Shown: piece by piece, positions 47,067-57,039 of the stretch
Layout: each line of letters begins with the position of its first letter
Position numbering within the stretch: the stretch's first letter is position 1
NCBI GenBank assembly: GCA_000830255.1
Contig: JQIT01000002.1
Span: 181,020-245,019, forward strand
Direction: 5' to 3'
DNA: 64,000 nt
From: Sulfuricurvum sp. PC08-66
Lineage (GTDB): Bacteria > Campylobacterota > Campylobacteria > Campylobacterales > Sulfurimonadaceae
Program-made: the position numbers and the translations under genes
The notes under the pieces: generated by a model
Databases searched by the model: none
What the model was told of the DNA's origin: nothing
The model's input: the letters and a program-made list of their open reading frames with translations, nothing else

Positions 47067-49013
47067 CTATTGCAAAAGTTTGAGAACGTTTTGTTGGACT
47101 GCGTTTGCTTGGCTAAGCGCATAGGAGCCTGATTGTGCCAAGATGTTGTTTTTATTAAAGGTTGAAGATTCGCTAGCGAAGTCAACATCCCGAATTTGAG
47201 ACTCTGCCGCTTTGACGTTAACCGCGGTAACAGAGATATTGTTGATGGTCACTTGCAATTGGATTTGGCTAGAACCCAGATCGGCGCGAACTGCATCGAG
47301 TTCTGTAATAGCCTGCTCTGCAATATCCATAGCACGCATTGCGCCCTCACGAGTGAGTAGCAATCCAACGGGATCGGTCTCTTGAATTTTGCCAGTCGTA
47401 ATCTCGATGAGCGTATGGCTGTTGACAATCTCGTTGAGTGTCATCGCGATGTCATTGTTGGGTTTGGAGAGTTGCGCATCTGCGTAGTGGGTAGATTGAA
47501 CATCCATGACCCCCAAACCTTTGCGTGTGAACTCGATTTTGCCCGCATGAATACCATCTTCGATACCCGTAAGGTCATTGAACCCTTTGAGGTTCATCGC
47601 GCGCCCGTCCGAGGTAAGCGTAAGGGTACCATCTGCTTCCAATGCCGCGGTAACACCCGTCTTGGCACGTTGATTATTGATAGAGTTTACGACTTTGTTA
47701 TCGACATCCGAAGCGAGGATAATATCCCCTTGCCCCAAAATAGTGATGCCATTGATAACCAAATCGGCTTCGAGTGCACCGCCACGAATTTTGATACTCG
47801 ACTCTTGGCGCACCAAAGCATGGGCGCGGATACCTGTCTCTGGACTACTCTCATTGACCATACGTGCCAAATCGCCCAATCCAGTACCTACTATACCATT
47901 ACCATCTTCATCAGTGAGTTGCACACCTGGTAATTCGATACCATCGACGTTGTAGCGAAGGTAATCGGAGCCTTGGTGAATCGTACCAATTTGCTCACGG
48001 TGTGTAAAACGCGTATCGGTGACATCAGGTTGTGTACCCTTGTCTAGCGTGATAGTACCTTTGAGCTTGTTGTCAGGGTCTGTACCCGTGGCTACTTGCG
48101 TAATAGTGAGTTTTTCTGTCGTACCATCGGCATAGGTGACGGCAAATTGGTCACCTACTGCATAACCAGAGATATCATCTATGTCAAGTACATTATTTCC
48201 TGTGTCAAGCTTGAACTCAAAAATCTCTTGTGCGTAGTCTACGACAGAGAATTTGGTCACATCGTAGAGCGGCTTTTCGAGAGGTTTGTCCAGCGTGATG
48301 GTCGAAATAGAGTCCGCCGTACTTGTATCAAACGTACCCGCCATAATTTTGTAATCGCCAACACCATCGATACGAATCGTATCGCCTACCGCCAACCCTT
48401 TTGCATTCACACCTTTGAGGTCGATGGTAGGTGAACCTATGACCGTGGGCTCTACTTGAGCCGTGTTGCCTACTTTGACAATATCTTTACGCGTGGTGAT
48501 ATTTCCAGTCGCTACCGCTGAAGTGTTAGAGATACTTGCGCGAATCGTCTCATTGGAGTAGGCACCGATTTGGAACTCTTTGTTGGTGAATTTTCCGTTG
48601 AGCAACTGCTCGCCGTTAAACGACGTAGTACGCGCGATATTATCGAGCTGTTCGATAAGTCTATCGACGTCTTTTTGAATCGCGGCACGTGAACTTTGTG
48701 ATTGGTTGTCAGAAGAGGCTTGAATCGCTTTCATTTTGATGGTATCGAGAATTTTTATCTGCTCGTCCATCGCTTTATCAGCGGTTTGAATAATCCCCAT
48801 TGCATCGTTGGCGTTGGATACGGCTTGGGAGAGCGCATTGGCTTGAGATTTCAAGCTGTCTGCGATGGCTAGACCCGAAGAGTCATCTGCTGCTTTGTTG
48901 ATACGTAGACCAGAACTCAGTTTTTCCAAGCTGGTATTGATGTCACGATTGGTTCCAACACCGTAGAGGTGTGCATTCATTGCTGCGATGTTGGTGTTTA
49001 TTCTAAAGCCCAT
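47067..49013 (-). CDS. Flagellin (FlaB/FlaA-type, 648 aa with extended central domain)
   Basis: Conserved N-terminus MGFRINTNIAAMNAHL...LEKLSSGLRINKAADDSSGLAIADSL. Campylobacter-type C-terminus ...VTAVNVKAAESQIRDVDFASESSTFNKNNILAQSGSYALSQANAVQQNVLKLLQ. Long Thr/Ser/Asp/Gly-rich central region. Confidence 0.95.
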   Translation of the reverse strand: MGFRINTNIAAMNAHLYGVGTNRDINTSLEKLSSGLRINKAADDSSGLAIADSLKSQANALSQAVSNANDAMGIIQTADKAMDEQIKILDTIKMKAIQASSDNQSQSSRAAIQKDVDRLIEQLDNIARTTSFNGEQLLNGKFTNKEFQIGAYSNETIRASISNTSAVATGNITTRKDIVKVGNTAQVEPTVIGSPTIDLKGVNAKGLAVGDTIRIDGVGDYKIMAGTFDTSTADSISTITLDKPLEKPLYDVTKFSVVDYAQEIFEFKLDTGNNVLDIDDISGYAVGDQFAVTYADGTTEKLTITQVATGTDPDNKLKGTITLDKGTQPDVTDTRFTHREQIGTIHQGSDYLRYNVDGIELPGVQLTDEDGNGIVGTGLGDLARMVNESSPETGIRAHALVRQESSIKIRGGALEADLVINGITILGQGDIILASDVDNKVVNSINNQRAKTGVTAALEADGTLTLTSDGRAMNLKGFNDLTGIEDGIHAGKIEFTRKGLGVMDVQSTHYADAQLSKPNNDIAMTLNEIVNSHTLIEITTGKIQETDPVGLLLTREGAMRAMDIAEQAITELDAVRADLGSSQIQLQVTINNISVTAVNVKAAESQIRDVDFASESSTFNKNNILAQSGSYALSQANAVQQNVLKLLQ

Positions 49014-49046
49014 TATTCGTCCTTTAACATAGGTTCTTTACTGTTT

Positions 49047-49063
49047 TGGACGTAAAAGCAATA
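49047..49063 (-). promoter_or_regulatory. Sigma54 (RpoN) promoter of the flagellin gene: TGGCAC-N5-TTGCT
   Basis: Reverse complement of 49047-49063 reads TGGCACacctaTTGCT, an exact -24/-12 consensus, about 43 nt upstream of the flagellin ATG. Confidence 0.65.
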
Positions 49064-49138
49064 GGTGTGCCAATTTTTAGCACAAATGTATATTTCTAGA
49101 AAATCAAAAGGAGAAAAACGAACGGAGAAGGGGAGAAG

Positions 49139-49312
49139 TTACTTTTTTATCGTGCGGGCAAGTACGACACCATCATAGGTAAGCGCCATCGTCACAAGGA
49201 TAAGCGCCCAATCGGTGTAAAAACGTGCAATGAGCTCCAACGAGGCGACCCAAAGCATCAAAACAAAGAAGAGCAGTTTGAGTGCTACCCAAATATAGAA
49301 GCGTTTAGGCAT
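49139..49312 (-). CDS. Possible small two-helix membrane protein (57 aa)
   Basis: MPKRFYIWVALKLLFFVLMLWVASLELIARFYTDWALILVTMALTYDGVVLARTIKK. Trimmed from an 85-aa track ORF whose 5' part overlaps the murE 3' end. Could be spurious. Confidence 0.25.
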   Translation of the reverse strand: MPKRFYIWVALKLLFFVLMLWVASLELIARFYTDWALILVTMALTYDGVVLARTIKK

Positions 49313-50609
49313 TGGATAGCTGTGCCAAAAGCTCCCTCGCGACACTGCGGTCATCGAAGGGGAGTTTTTTGTCGTATATCTCTTGGTATGCCTCATCCCC
49401 TTTGCCCAAGATGAGTACTACCTCACCCTCTTGTTGGTCGATGAGCGCTTGACGTATCGCTTCACGTCGATTGGGATTGGTGTAGACGCCTTTGGTGTTT
49501 TGCATACCACTGACAATCTGCTCGATAATAGTATCGGGGTCTTCACTGCGTGGATTGTCGCTGGTGACGTAGACTTTTTTTGCCATGGTTTGTGCGATTT
49601 TGCCCATGATGGGACGCTTGGTAGCGTCACGGTCTCCACCAGCGCCAAAGACGACCAAAATATCCGTCTCACGCAGTGCATCCATCACTTTGGCCATGCC
49701 ATCGGGGGTATGCGCGAAATCGACAATGACCAGTGGCTTTTCACTCACTACCTCCATGCGACCACTCACACCCCCAAAATTTTTGGTTTGGGCACATATC
49801 TCTTCGAGAGGACGTTGCGTGACGAGTTTAACTGCCGCAATCGACGCCGTTAAATTATGGAGATTGAAAAAACCGTGCAAATCAGAGTAAAAGGGAACTA
49901 CTTCGGAGAAGAATTGAATCGCGCCACTGATGCCTTCATTGAGCGAATAGGCAATGATTTTGAAACTCGCGCCCGCTTCGACCGCATAAGAGTAGGCATT
50001 TTTGTAATTAAACTCGGCCTTCTCCTCATCGCGGTTGATAAGCTTCATACTCTCATCAGCAAAAAAGCTGTTTTTGACCGCAATATACTCTTGGAGTGTG
50101 TGGTGGAAATCGAGGTGGTCTTGGGTGATATTGGTCAAAATTTTCAAGGCAAAATCGATACCATCGATACGCTCTTGGACAATGGCGTGACTACTCACCT
50201 CCATGACGAAAAAGTCACACTCCTCTACAACTGCTTGGTAAATATGGGTGTAGGTTTGCAATACCAAGGGCGTCGTGAGACTTTTGCCCTCGACCATGCA
50301 ATCGTTGATAAAAAAACCACGCGTGCCCTGCATCGCGACTTTGTATCCTAAATCCAGCAATATCGAATAGATAATAGCTGCCGTGGTAGTCTTACCATTG
50401 GTACCTGTAATACCTATAATTTTGATACGGTCAAGCCCAAAGTCACTACGTATATCGATAGGCTTGAGAACAGTGGGAGCTTTTTGGCGCAACGTCTCAT
50501 CGATATAGCGGCGATTTTGCGCCGTCTCTAGCAACGCCGTTTGGTCATCTACCTCTTGTGTATTGTCTGTTATATATCGATAGGGCTTGCCCTCTAGCTC
50601 AATGCGCAC
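49305..50609 (-). CDS. murE: UDP-N-acetylmuramoyl-L-alanyl-D-glutamate--2,6-diaminopimelate ligase
   Basis: 434 aa. ATP-binding GITGTNGKTTT. Mur ligase middle and C-terminal domains (...DFAHTPDG...; ...DNPRSEDP...). Confidence 0.9.
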   Translation of the reverse strand: MRIELEGKPYRYITDNTQEVDDQTALLETAQNRRYIDETLRQKAPTVLKPIDIRSDFGLDRIKIIGITGTNGKTTTAAIIYSILLDLGYKVAMQGTRGFFINDCMVEGKSLTTPLVLQTYTHIYQAVVEECDFFVMEVSSHAIVQERIDGIDFALKILTNITQDHLDFHHTLQEYIAVKNSFFADESMKLINRDEEKAEFNYKNAYSYAVEAGASFKIIAYSLNEGISGAIQFFSEVVPFYSDLHGFFNLHNLTASIAAVKLVTQRPLEEICAQTKNFGGVSGRMEVVSEKPLVIVDFAHTPDGMAKVMDALRETDILVVFGAGGDRDATKRPIMGKIAQTMAKKVYVTSDNPRSEDPDTIIEQIVSGMQNTKGVYTNPNRREAIRQALIDQQEGEVVLILGKGDEAYQEIYDKKLPFDDRSVARELLAQLSNA

Positions 50610-50624
50610 GCAAAACCTTCGACA

Positions 50625-51209
50625 TCAATGTCCTATCGCCTTGGTACCAATCGAGCGAAAAATTTCTAATATCTTTTCATCGTTGGGAAAAGAGCTAATA
50701 GCGCTCTCTACGTAATTGAGTGCCATCTCTTCAAAACCGTTGTGTGCCAATTTGTCAAGGAAATCGATAAAGTCTTCGCGCGAGGTAATCATAACGCGTG
50801 TAGAGAACATCACATCCTCAAAAGCACGTTTGAAAGAGCCTCGATTGAGGACAAGCTGTAGAAACTCCTCGTAGGTGATTCCATCTTCTAGCTCCATTGC
50901 ACTCTCTTTTAGTTGTTCAACCAACGTTTTTACCTTTTCAAAGCCACCGTCCATGGCGTTTATAATCTCTTCCATTACTTCACTCGCAAGCGCTTTGTCG
51001 CTGTTGGCTTGTAGCACCAAGTAATAGTCATAGAGTGCATCTGCATCGACATCGTTGCTCATTGCCATCTCGGTCAAAATAGCACCAGTGCGTGCTTCGT
51101 GGTCATTGGGATTCTCTTGGAGTATGAGTGCATATTTGCGCATAGCGCTTGCAAACTCTTTTTTGCCAAAAAAATCAGTCGCCATAGCTAATAATTTATC
51201 TCTAGACAT
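50625..51209 (-). CDS. Conserved hypothetical protein (HP1493-like, between nifU-like and murE)
   Basis: 194 aa, helical and acidic. The synteny (NifU-like, hypothetical, murE) mirrors the H. pylori HP1492-HP1494 region as I recall it. Confidence 0.45.
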   Translation of the reverse strand: MSRDKLLAMATDFFGKKEFASAMRKYALILQENPNDHEARTGAILTEMAMSNDVDADALYDYYLVLQANSDKALASEVMEEIINAMDGGFEKVKTLVEQLKESAMELEDGITYEEFLQLVLNRGSFKRAFEDVMFSTRVMITSREDFIDFLDKLAHNGFEEMALNYVESAISSFPNDEKILEIFRSIGTKAIGH

Positions 51210-51221
51210 CCCTAGAAACTC

Positions 51222-51521
51222 CTATAAATTATCGATGTTATTTTCCATCCCGATAGGCACATTCACCACCGCCAATTCGGGATGAATCTCTATTTTCATT
51301 TGTCGCTCAATTCCGTATTTGAGCGTATTTGCACTGCTCGCACACCCTACGCAAGCCCCTTGCAACTGCACATATATCGTCCCTTTTCTGACGCTAATTA
51401 ATCGCACATCTCCGCCATCCAATGCCAACGATGGACGTACCTTGTCGATAACATTTGAGACAACAGGGAGTAACTCTTCATCACTAAAAGGAATCATATT
51501 TTTTCCTGAAAAAACGGGCAT
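51222..51521 (-). CDS. NifU/Nfu-family Fe-S cluster assembly protein
   Basis: 99 aa. ...ALDGGDVRLISVRKGTIYVQLQGACVGCASS... CxxC of the Nfu C-terminal domain. Confidence 0.8.
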   Translation of the reverse strand: MPVFSGKNMIPFSDEELLPVVSNVIDKVRPSLALDGGDVRLISVRKGTIYVQLQGACVGCASSANTLKYGIERQMKIEIHPELAVVNVPIGMENNIDNL

Positions 51522-51540
51522 TTAAGGGCACCAAGATAAG

Positions 51541-52773
51541 CTATTTCGCCTTAATAGGTAATAAATGATTTGCGATAGTAAGGGCATCTTGGACGTACTT
51601 AACCTTGCGCATTCCCACCAAAACAGTATCTATTTTTTTACTTTGGTGCAAAAATTCCAACGCACATTTTTGCATCGATTCTTCACACGTATGTCCGAGT
51701 GACGCAACTCTTTTTTGCGCCTTTTGACTGCACTCAAAAAGTACCATCTCTCGATAATGTGCCAAAAATTTCTCCCACGCTTGCGCCAAAAAAAGAGCAC
51801 TCTCCTCATCGAGCATAGCAAGTGTTCTTTGCAACCACGGTAAAAGCTCTAGCGTGTAAAAATTATCATACTCTTCTGCCCAAGCAAACGTATGTGCTCT
51901 CTCCAAAAGCTCCACTACCAACGCTTGCATCGATTGAGCATTGAAGCTCTCCAAGAGATCCAAAAACTCGTTTGAAACACGCTCATACTCTACTGGATAG
52001 GCGTAGCTTGCCATACGTACAACGCGCTCATCGATATAGGCATTGAAGGGTCGATTGGCGATGACCTCGATACCCTCCATTTTTGCCCATGTGGCACATG
52101 TCAATCCATCTTGCTCTAGCAAATTTATCGGAAGCTCTACAGTTGTAAAGTGGTGCATCGACAACCCATGACTTTGTGCCGCAAGGCGTGCTAACTCTAT
52201 CAAGGAGTGATAGGGCAAAAAGTGCTCATGCAAAGAGGAAAGTGAAAAAGCGTTGGAGCTAATACCATAACCGCGAATACGCCCCTCGATGACCTCATGC
52301 TCTAATCGCACAAAAGCGTCGTAGATACGTTGCATCATCGTGGGCAGATGCTCTTGGCGCGATTGCAAAGAGGTGACATTCGCATAGAGATAATATTGTG
52401 GATTATCGAGCAAATAGGTATCGATATAGGGTGTTTGCAAGCGCTGCAGGGAGAGAGAAAGTTGCGCACTTATAAAATCGGGTGCGATGGAGTGGTAACA
52501 CTCACTGCTGTAGGTGACCACCTCTGCAGAGGGCGTTTTGTTGGCAAAAGCCAAAAGCATATCCCCTTGGATGTATCCACACTTGGAGACCAGATGCAAT
52601 TGTGTGCGGTCAAACTCAGCCACCACACTACCGACCAACTGCTCAGAGTAGCCGTTGGTAGCATTTGTCGAGGTATCGATAAGCGTTACACCGTTTGCCA
52701 ATGCATAACGCAAAGCAGCTTCATGTTCGTGTTCACCTAGCGCGACACGATACGCACCAAAGCCCAAATTCAT
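51541..52773 (-). CDS. Aldo/keto reductase family oxidoreductase (long form)
   Basis: 410 aa. N-terminal ...GFGAYRVALGEHEHEAALRYALANGVTLIDTSTNATNG... typical of the AKR fold. Extended C-terminal half. Confidence 0.8.
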   Translation of the reverse strand: MNLGFGAYRVALGEHEHEAALRYALANGVTLIDTSTNATNGYSEQLVGSVVAEFDRTQLHLVSKCGYIQGDMLLAFANKTPSAEVVTYSSECYHSIAPDFISAQLSLSLQRLQTPYIDTYLLDNPQYYLYANVTSLQSRQEHLPTMMQRIYDAFVRLEHEVIEGRIRGYGISSNAFSLSSLHEHFLPYHSLIELARLAAQSHGLSMHHFTTVELPINLLEQDGLTCATWAKMEGIEVIANRPFNAYIDERVVRMASYAYPVEYERVSNEFLDLLESFNAQSMQALVVELLERAHTFAWAEEYDNFYTLELLPWLQRTLAMLDEESALFLAQAWEKFLAHYREMVLFECSQKAQKRVASLGHTCEESMQKCALEFLHQSKKIDTVLVGMRKVKYVQDALTIANHLLPIKAK

Positions 52774-52850
52774 CTCTATAAAAACCTCTGCAATATTGAC
52801 AACAGACCGCTGTCTGCTCTCGATATTGAGCCCGAAGGCTCAAAAAAAAA

Positions 52851-53204
52851 TTAGACGAGTTCGATAAATGCCATAGTAGAGGCGTCACCACGACGGATAC
52901 GTGTTTTTACAATACGTGTATATCCGCCTTTGCGATCTACATAATTTGGCGCAATCTCTGCCATCATTTTTTTAGTTGACTCTTTGTCTTGAAGCTGTGC
53001 GAAAACAGCACGGTGTGCATTACCATCACCTTTTCCAGCTGTAGTAACAAGTTGCTCAAAATAGCTTCGAAGCTCTTTTGCTTTAGGCAAAGTTGTCTCG
53101 ATACGACCACTTGCAATCAAAGCAATGGAGAGATTTTTTAGCAACGCTTTACGATGTGAACTCGTACGGCTTAATTTTCTGTATCCATGTTTGTGTCTCA
53201 TCAC
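52851..53204 (-). CDS. rplQ: 50S ribosomal protein L17
   Basis: 117 aa. [24 protein letters not shown].... Confidence 0.95.
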   Translation of the reverse strand: MMRHKHGYRKLSRTSSHRKALLKNLSIALIASGRIETTLPKAKELRSYFEQLVTTAGKGDGNAHRAVFAQLQDKESTKKMMAEIAPNYVDRKGGYTRIVKTRIRRGDASTMAFIELV

Positions 53205-53217
53205 AAACTCCTTATCT

Positions 53218-54207
53218 TTATTTCTCTAGCTTCTTTTTGAGTGCTGAAGCTAACTCATCACTGATGGTTTCGTGCATTGGGAAACCATACTCCGCAATCT
53301 TCTCAGTAATCTCTTCGAGAGATTTTTTGCCCAAATTTTTTACATTTTTGAGGTCATTTTCGCTCATAATTACAAGCTCACCGATGTAGGTAATACCGCT
53401 ACGATCCAAACAATTAAAAGAGCGCGCGCTTAATCCCAACTCATCGATTTTCATTGTGAGCTTTTTTAGCTCAGCTGTCTCCTCTAAACGCTCTACTGTT
53501 TGAGGAGTAGAGACATTCATGTGTGAGTTAAAAACAGCCATTTGTGATTGCATCACTTTCAACGCATCGTTAAATGCATCGAGAGGCTTAATTTGTCCAT
53601 CTGTTACGATGTTGATAATCACTTTTTCAAAATTTGGATTGTCCTCTACCAACACATTTTCTATAGTGTAAGTAGCTTTGCGAACAGGCGTGAAGAAAGC
53701 ATCCAAGGCAATATAGCCATCTGCTAAATCGTCACGAATATCTTCGCTTGGGACATACCCAATACCTTTGTGTACTATTACCGAAAAATTAAGTGTTGCA
53801 TCTTCGTTGAGTGTGGCCAAAAATGCATCGGGAGTAATCACCTCAATACCTTCAGCTACCAGTTCAGCTCCTGTAATCTCTTTAGGACCTGTAAAACTAA
53901 AGCTTGCAACCACTTCATCTTGTCCATTGGTAATTTTGAAACGAACAGATTTGAGATTGATTATGAACTCAGATACATCCTCAATCATACCTCGGACGCT
54001 GTCGAATTCATGCGTTGCACCCTCTATTTTAATACCAATAGGTGCATACCCTTGTGAACTGCTAAGCAAAAATCTTCGCAAGGGGTGAGCCAAAGAGACT
54101 GCAAACCCTGTTTCAAAAGGGTATGCAATGATGTTTGCTTCGGTAGCGCTAACTTTTTCTACCGAAAACTCTTGTGGTATATATGGCGTTGTCTTAATTT
54201 TTTTCAT
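53218..54207 (-). CDS. rpoA: DNA-directed RNA polymerase subunit alpha
   Basis: 329 aa with an alpha-NTD/CTD layout. ...[20 protein letters not shown]... CTD helix-hairpin-helix. Confidence 0.95.
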   Translation of the reverse strand: MKKIKTTPYIPQEFSVEKVSATEANIIAYPFETGFAVSLAHPLRRFLLSSSQGYAPIGIKIEGATHEFDSVRGMIEDVSEFIINLKSVRFKITNGQDEVVASFSFTGPKEITGAELVAEGIEVITPDAFLATLNEDATLNFSVIVHKGIGYVPSEDIRDDLADGYIALDAFFTPVRKATYTIENVLVEDNPNFEKVIINIVTDGQIKPLDAFNDALKVMQSQMAVFNSHMNVSTPQTVERLEETAELKKLTMKIDELGLSARSFNCLDRSGITYIGELVIMSENDLKNVKNLGKKSLEEITEKIAEYGFPMHETISDELASALKKKLEK

Positions 54208-54231
54208 AGACGCTCTTTTTAGGTTATTTTA

Positions 54232-54858
54232 TTATTTGGAGTAAAGCTCAACGATGAGACGTTCTTCGACTGGGATGACAACCTCTTCACGTTCAGGATT
54301 ACGTGTATAAATACCGAATACTTTGCTAGCATCGATATCTACCCATGATGCCAAGCCCGTTTGATTGGTAAGCTCAAGTGCACGAACAACTTGTACATTC
54401 GTTTTTGTTTTCTCTTTAACCTCGATTTTTTGACCTGGTTTTACAGTGTAGGATGGGATATCCACACGTTTACCGTCGACCAAAATATGACCGTGTGTCA
54501 CCAATTGGCGAGCATTTGCACGTGTTGTAGCAAATCTCATACGGTACACAACGTTATCGAGACGTTGTTCAATCAACGTAACCAAGTTGATACCCGTATT
54601 GCCTGGGCGACGTTTCGCTTCGTTAAACACTTTGCGCATCTGTTTTTCTGACAAACCGTACATAAATTTCGCTTTTTGTTTTTCGCGAAGTTGTGTACCG
54701 TACTCAGAAATTTTTGCACGACGTTGACCATGTTGACCTGGGGCAAATGGACGCTTATCAAGGGCAGATTTACCTGCAAGGCGACGCTCGCCTTTCATGG
54801 CCAAACTGACACCAAATCTTCTCTCTAATTTTTCAACTGGACCTCTGTATCTTGCCAT
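54232..54858 (-). CDS. rpsD: 30S ribosomal protein S4
   Basis: 208 aa. [16 protein letters not shown].... Confidence 0.95.
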   Translation of the reverse strand: MARYRGPVEKLERRFGVSLAMKGERRLAGKSALDKRPFAPGQHGQRRAKISEYGTQLREKQKAKFMYGLSEKQMRKVFNEAKRRPGNTGINLVTLIEQRLDNVVYRMRFATTRANARQLVTHGHILVDGKRVDIPSYTVKPGQKIEVKEKTKTNVQVVRALELTNQTGLASWVDIDASKVFGIYTRNPEREEVVIPVEERLIVELYSK

Positions 54859-54868
54859 CAGTTACTCC

Positions 54869-55261
54869 TTATACTCTACGTCGTTTTGGAGGACGACAAC
54901 CGTTGTGTGGAAGAGGTGTAATATCTTTCATAAAACGTACACGAATTCCTTCTACCGCACCTACAGCTTTTACCGCTGTTTCACGTCCACTTCCTGGGCC
55001 TTGTACGCGAATACCGACCTCTTTGATACCATGCTCTTTTGCTTTGTTCAGTGCATCTTCTACTGCCATTTGCGCTGCAAACGGAGTCGATTTTTTGCTA
55101 CCTTTGAAGCCTAGTGCCCCTGCTGTACTCCATGAGATAACATTACCCATCTCATCTGTGATAGTTACAGCTGTGTTGTTAAATGTTGCAGTGATATAAA
55201 TAACACCACGTGCAATATTTTTTTTGACTACTTTTTTACGAACAACTTTTCTTTTTGCCAT
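54869..55261 (-). CDS. rpsK: 30S ribosomal protein S11
   Basis: 130 aa. ...[30 protein letters not shown].... Confidence 0.95.
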   Translation of the reverse strand: MAKRKVVRKKVVKKNIARGVIYITATFNNTAVTITDEMGNVISWSTAGALGFKGSKKSTPFAAQMAVEDALNKAKEHGIKEVGIRVQGPGSGRETAVKAVGAVEGIRVRFMKDITPLPHNGCRPPKRRRV

Positions 55262-55270
55262 ATTAATCCC

Positions 55271-55633
55271 TTACGCTGCGCCGACAGTTTTTTTGCGGCC
55301 TTTGCGAGTGCGCGCATTGGTTTTGGTTTTTTGACCGCGAGCTGGCAACCCTTTACGGTGACGCAACCCACGATACGAACCAAGCTCCATCAAGCCTTTG
55401 ATGTCCATAGCAACTTTTTTACGCAAATCCCCTTCAACCATATGTTTTTCACGGATCTCTTTTGCGATATTTGCCGCTTCATCTTCGCTCAAATCATGAA
55501 CGCGTTTGTTGTAATCGATACCTGTCGCATTCAAAATGAGGCGAGAAGTATGAAGACCGATGCCGTAAATATAGGTCAACGCATATTCCATACGTTTTTT
55601 CTTGGGTAAATCAACACCTGCAATACGTGCCAT
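55271..55633 (-). CDS. rpsM: 30S ribosomal protein S13
   Basis: 120 aa. [26 protein letters not shown].... Confidence 0.95.
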   Translation of the reverse strand: MARIAGVDLPKKKRMEYALTYIYGIGLHTSRLILNATGIDYNKRVHDLSEDEAANIAKEIREKHMVEGDLRKKVAMDIKGLMELGSYRGLRHRKGLPARGQKTKTNARTRKGRKKTVGAA

Positions 55634-55635
55634 AA

Positions 55636-55749
55636 TTATCCTTGTCTCTGTTTGTGTTTAGGATTTTCGCAAATAACGCGAACAATCCCTTTGCGTTTGA
55701 CAACTTTGCAGCTGTCGCACATCTTCTTAACTGAAGCTCTGACTTTCAT
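55636..55749 (-). CDS. rpmJ: 50S ribosomal protein L36
   Basis: Not in the ORF track. Hand translation of minus strand 55749->55636 gives [37 protein letters not shown], 37 aa (ATG..TAA), the canonical L36 zinc-ribbon. It ends 2 nt before the rpsM start. Confidence 0.85.
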   Translation of the reverse strand: MKVRASVKKMCDSCKVVKRKGIVRVICENPKHKQRQG

Positions 55750-55946
55750 TGGGGTCTCTCCAAAAATTTGAACTCGCTACTGTCTTAGGTGGTGCAATAT
55801 TCTTTAGCACTCACCAGCTAATTGATAAGCTCGCAATTGAACTTATAAAAGGGCTCTTTAAGGAAGTTGGAACAATAGTCGAACGCGAATTATGCCTAGA
55901 TATAAGTTAAAGTTTTATTAAGTATTAATATGATTATCGCTTGGCA

Positions 55947-56690
55947 CTAGAAACGGTAACGTAGCGCTACAGCTTGGGAAATATCCTCATGTTTTATCCC
56001 CACAGCGGGCATGCTGTCATAGGCGATATTGAGACTCACCACAACAGAGAAATTTTTCGTTGCTTTGACCTCTACTTGCGCAGTAGCAACCGCCAAAAAG
56101 TCATTAAATGCACCTATCATAGGCTGTAAATAGCCCAACATCGATGCCTCAACCACTTCATCCAAAAGATATTTGTAGGAGAGATAAAAATTGGTACGCC
56201 AAAAGTGGTGCATCGATGCGCTCTCCTCAAGCTCTGCAACCTCAAAAAGCCCTGTCCCTAGATAGAAACGCCCCCAATCATGAGAGGCGCCTCCCCAAAA
56301 ACGCACATTGGCTCCAATGAGCGTACGAGAGAGCAAATTTTGGAAGGTGTTGAAGTGCTCTTGGAGAAAAAGCTCACCATCAATACCTTGGGTGAGTTGG
56401 TGAATATAGCGTAGATGCGCGTAGCCTTGATTTTGTGTCTCGACCGCTTTGGCTTGGGTATATTGATAACTACCGTGCAAAAAAGCGAGACTCTCATTAC
56501 CATCCCACTGCAAACTTGCCCCCACATCGACTATCGAAAGCTCGTTGTTGCCTTGAAAAGAGGAGAGTGTCGTCAGAAGCGTCCCACTTAGACCCTCCTC
56601 TTGCTCTCCAACATCGAGGGGTTTTATCATCACAATACCCCACAACTGCCACGGTAGTATGAGAAGCAGTACTATCTTACGTATCATCAC
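55947..56690 (-). CDS. Outer-membrane beta-barrel protein (DUF481-like, hypothetical)
   Basis: 247 aa. Signal peptide, alternating amphipathic beta strands, and a C-terminal ...ALRYRF with terminal Phe, the OMP signature. Confidence 0.5.
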   Translation of the reverse strand: MMIRKIVLLLILPWQLWGIVMIKPLDVGEQEEGLSGTLLTTLSSFQGNNELSIVDVGASLQWDGNESLAFLHGSYQYTQAKAVETQNQGYAHLRYIHQLTQGIDGELFLQEHFNTFQNLLSRTLIGANVRFWGGASHDWGRFYLGTGLFEVAELEESASMHHFWRTNFYLSYKYLLDEVVEASMLGYLQPMIGAFNDFLAVATAQVEVKATKNFSVVVSLNIAYDSMPAVGIKHEDISQAVALRYRF

Positions 56691-57039
56691 TGCGTCTATC
56701 TTCTACCCAAAAGAGCATCATTCCTACCCGTTCGATAGCCTGAATGAGTTGCTTGTAATGGTGATTTTTCGTCGCAGGCATACGCATCACCAAGGCACGG
56801 TGTCGCAGATAAAATTGCCACGGTTTTTGGGCGCTGTGCATACGTCCGCGCTTGACCAATTCAAAAGCGACAGCCGCATTGATGCAGGCGCGAAGCAACA
56901 CCACCTCATCCAAACGCTCGTGTCGACGAGGAAACCAAAGACGTTCCAAAACCTCATGCGCCTCAAAATAGCGTCCCTCTTTGAGCGCTAACTCAAAGTG
57001 CGCAACGAGGTGCTTCATCGGCATAGGGTCTATACTCAT
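56677..57039 (-). CDS. DUF309 domain protein
   Basis: Trimmed to the Met at MSIDPMPMKHLVAHFELALKEGRYFEAHEVLERLW...LRACINAAVAFELVKRG. This is the DUF309 signature (Y/F-EAHE.lE..W). Confidence 0.55.
   Translation of the reverse strand: MSIDPMPMKHLVAHFELALKEGRYFEAHEVLERLWFPRRHERLDEVVLLRACINAAVAFELVKRGRMHSAQKPWQFYLRHRALVMRMPATKNHHYKQLIQAIERVGMMLFWVEDRRSDDT

Noticed and set aside
47382-48434. Plus-strand ORFs (183, 92 and 112 aa) within the flagellin gene
   Set aside because: They are antisense to a strongly supported flagellin CDS with no motifs. They are artefacts of the Thr/Asp-rich codon composition.
49139-49396. Full 85-aa minus-strand ORF as annotated in the track
   Set aside because: Its first 28 codons overlap the 3' end of murE in another frame. 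Only the downstream 57-aa Met-initiated, two-helix portion is plausible, and even that is low confidence.
52774-52850. GAGCC-ttcg-GGCTC hairpin next to an A9/T9 run between rplQ and the aldo/keto reductase gene
   Set aside because: On the minus-strand transcript the U-run precedes the hairpin rather than following it. On the plus strand it is followed by A's. So it does not look like a functional intrinsic terminator. It could be a processing site, but there is no further support.
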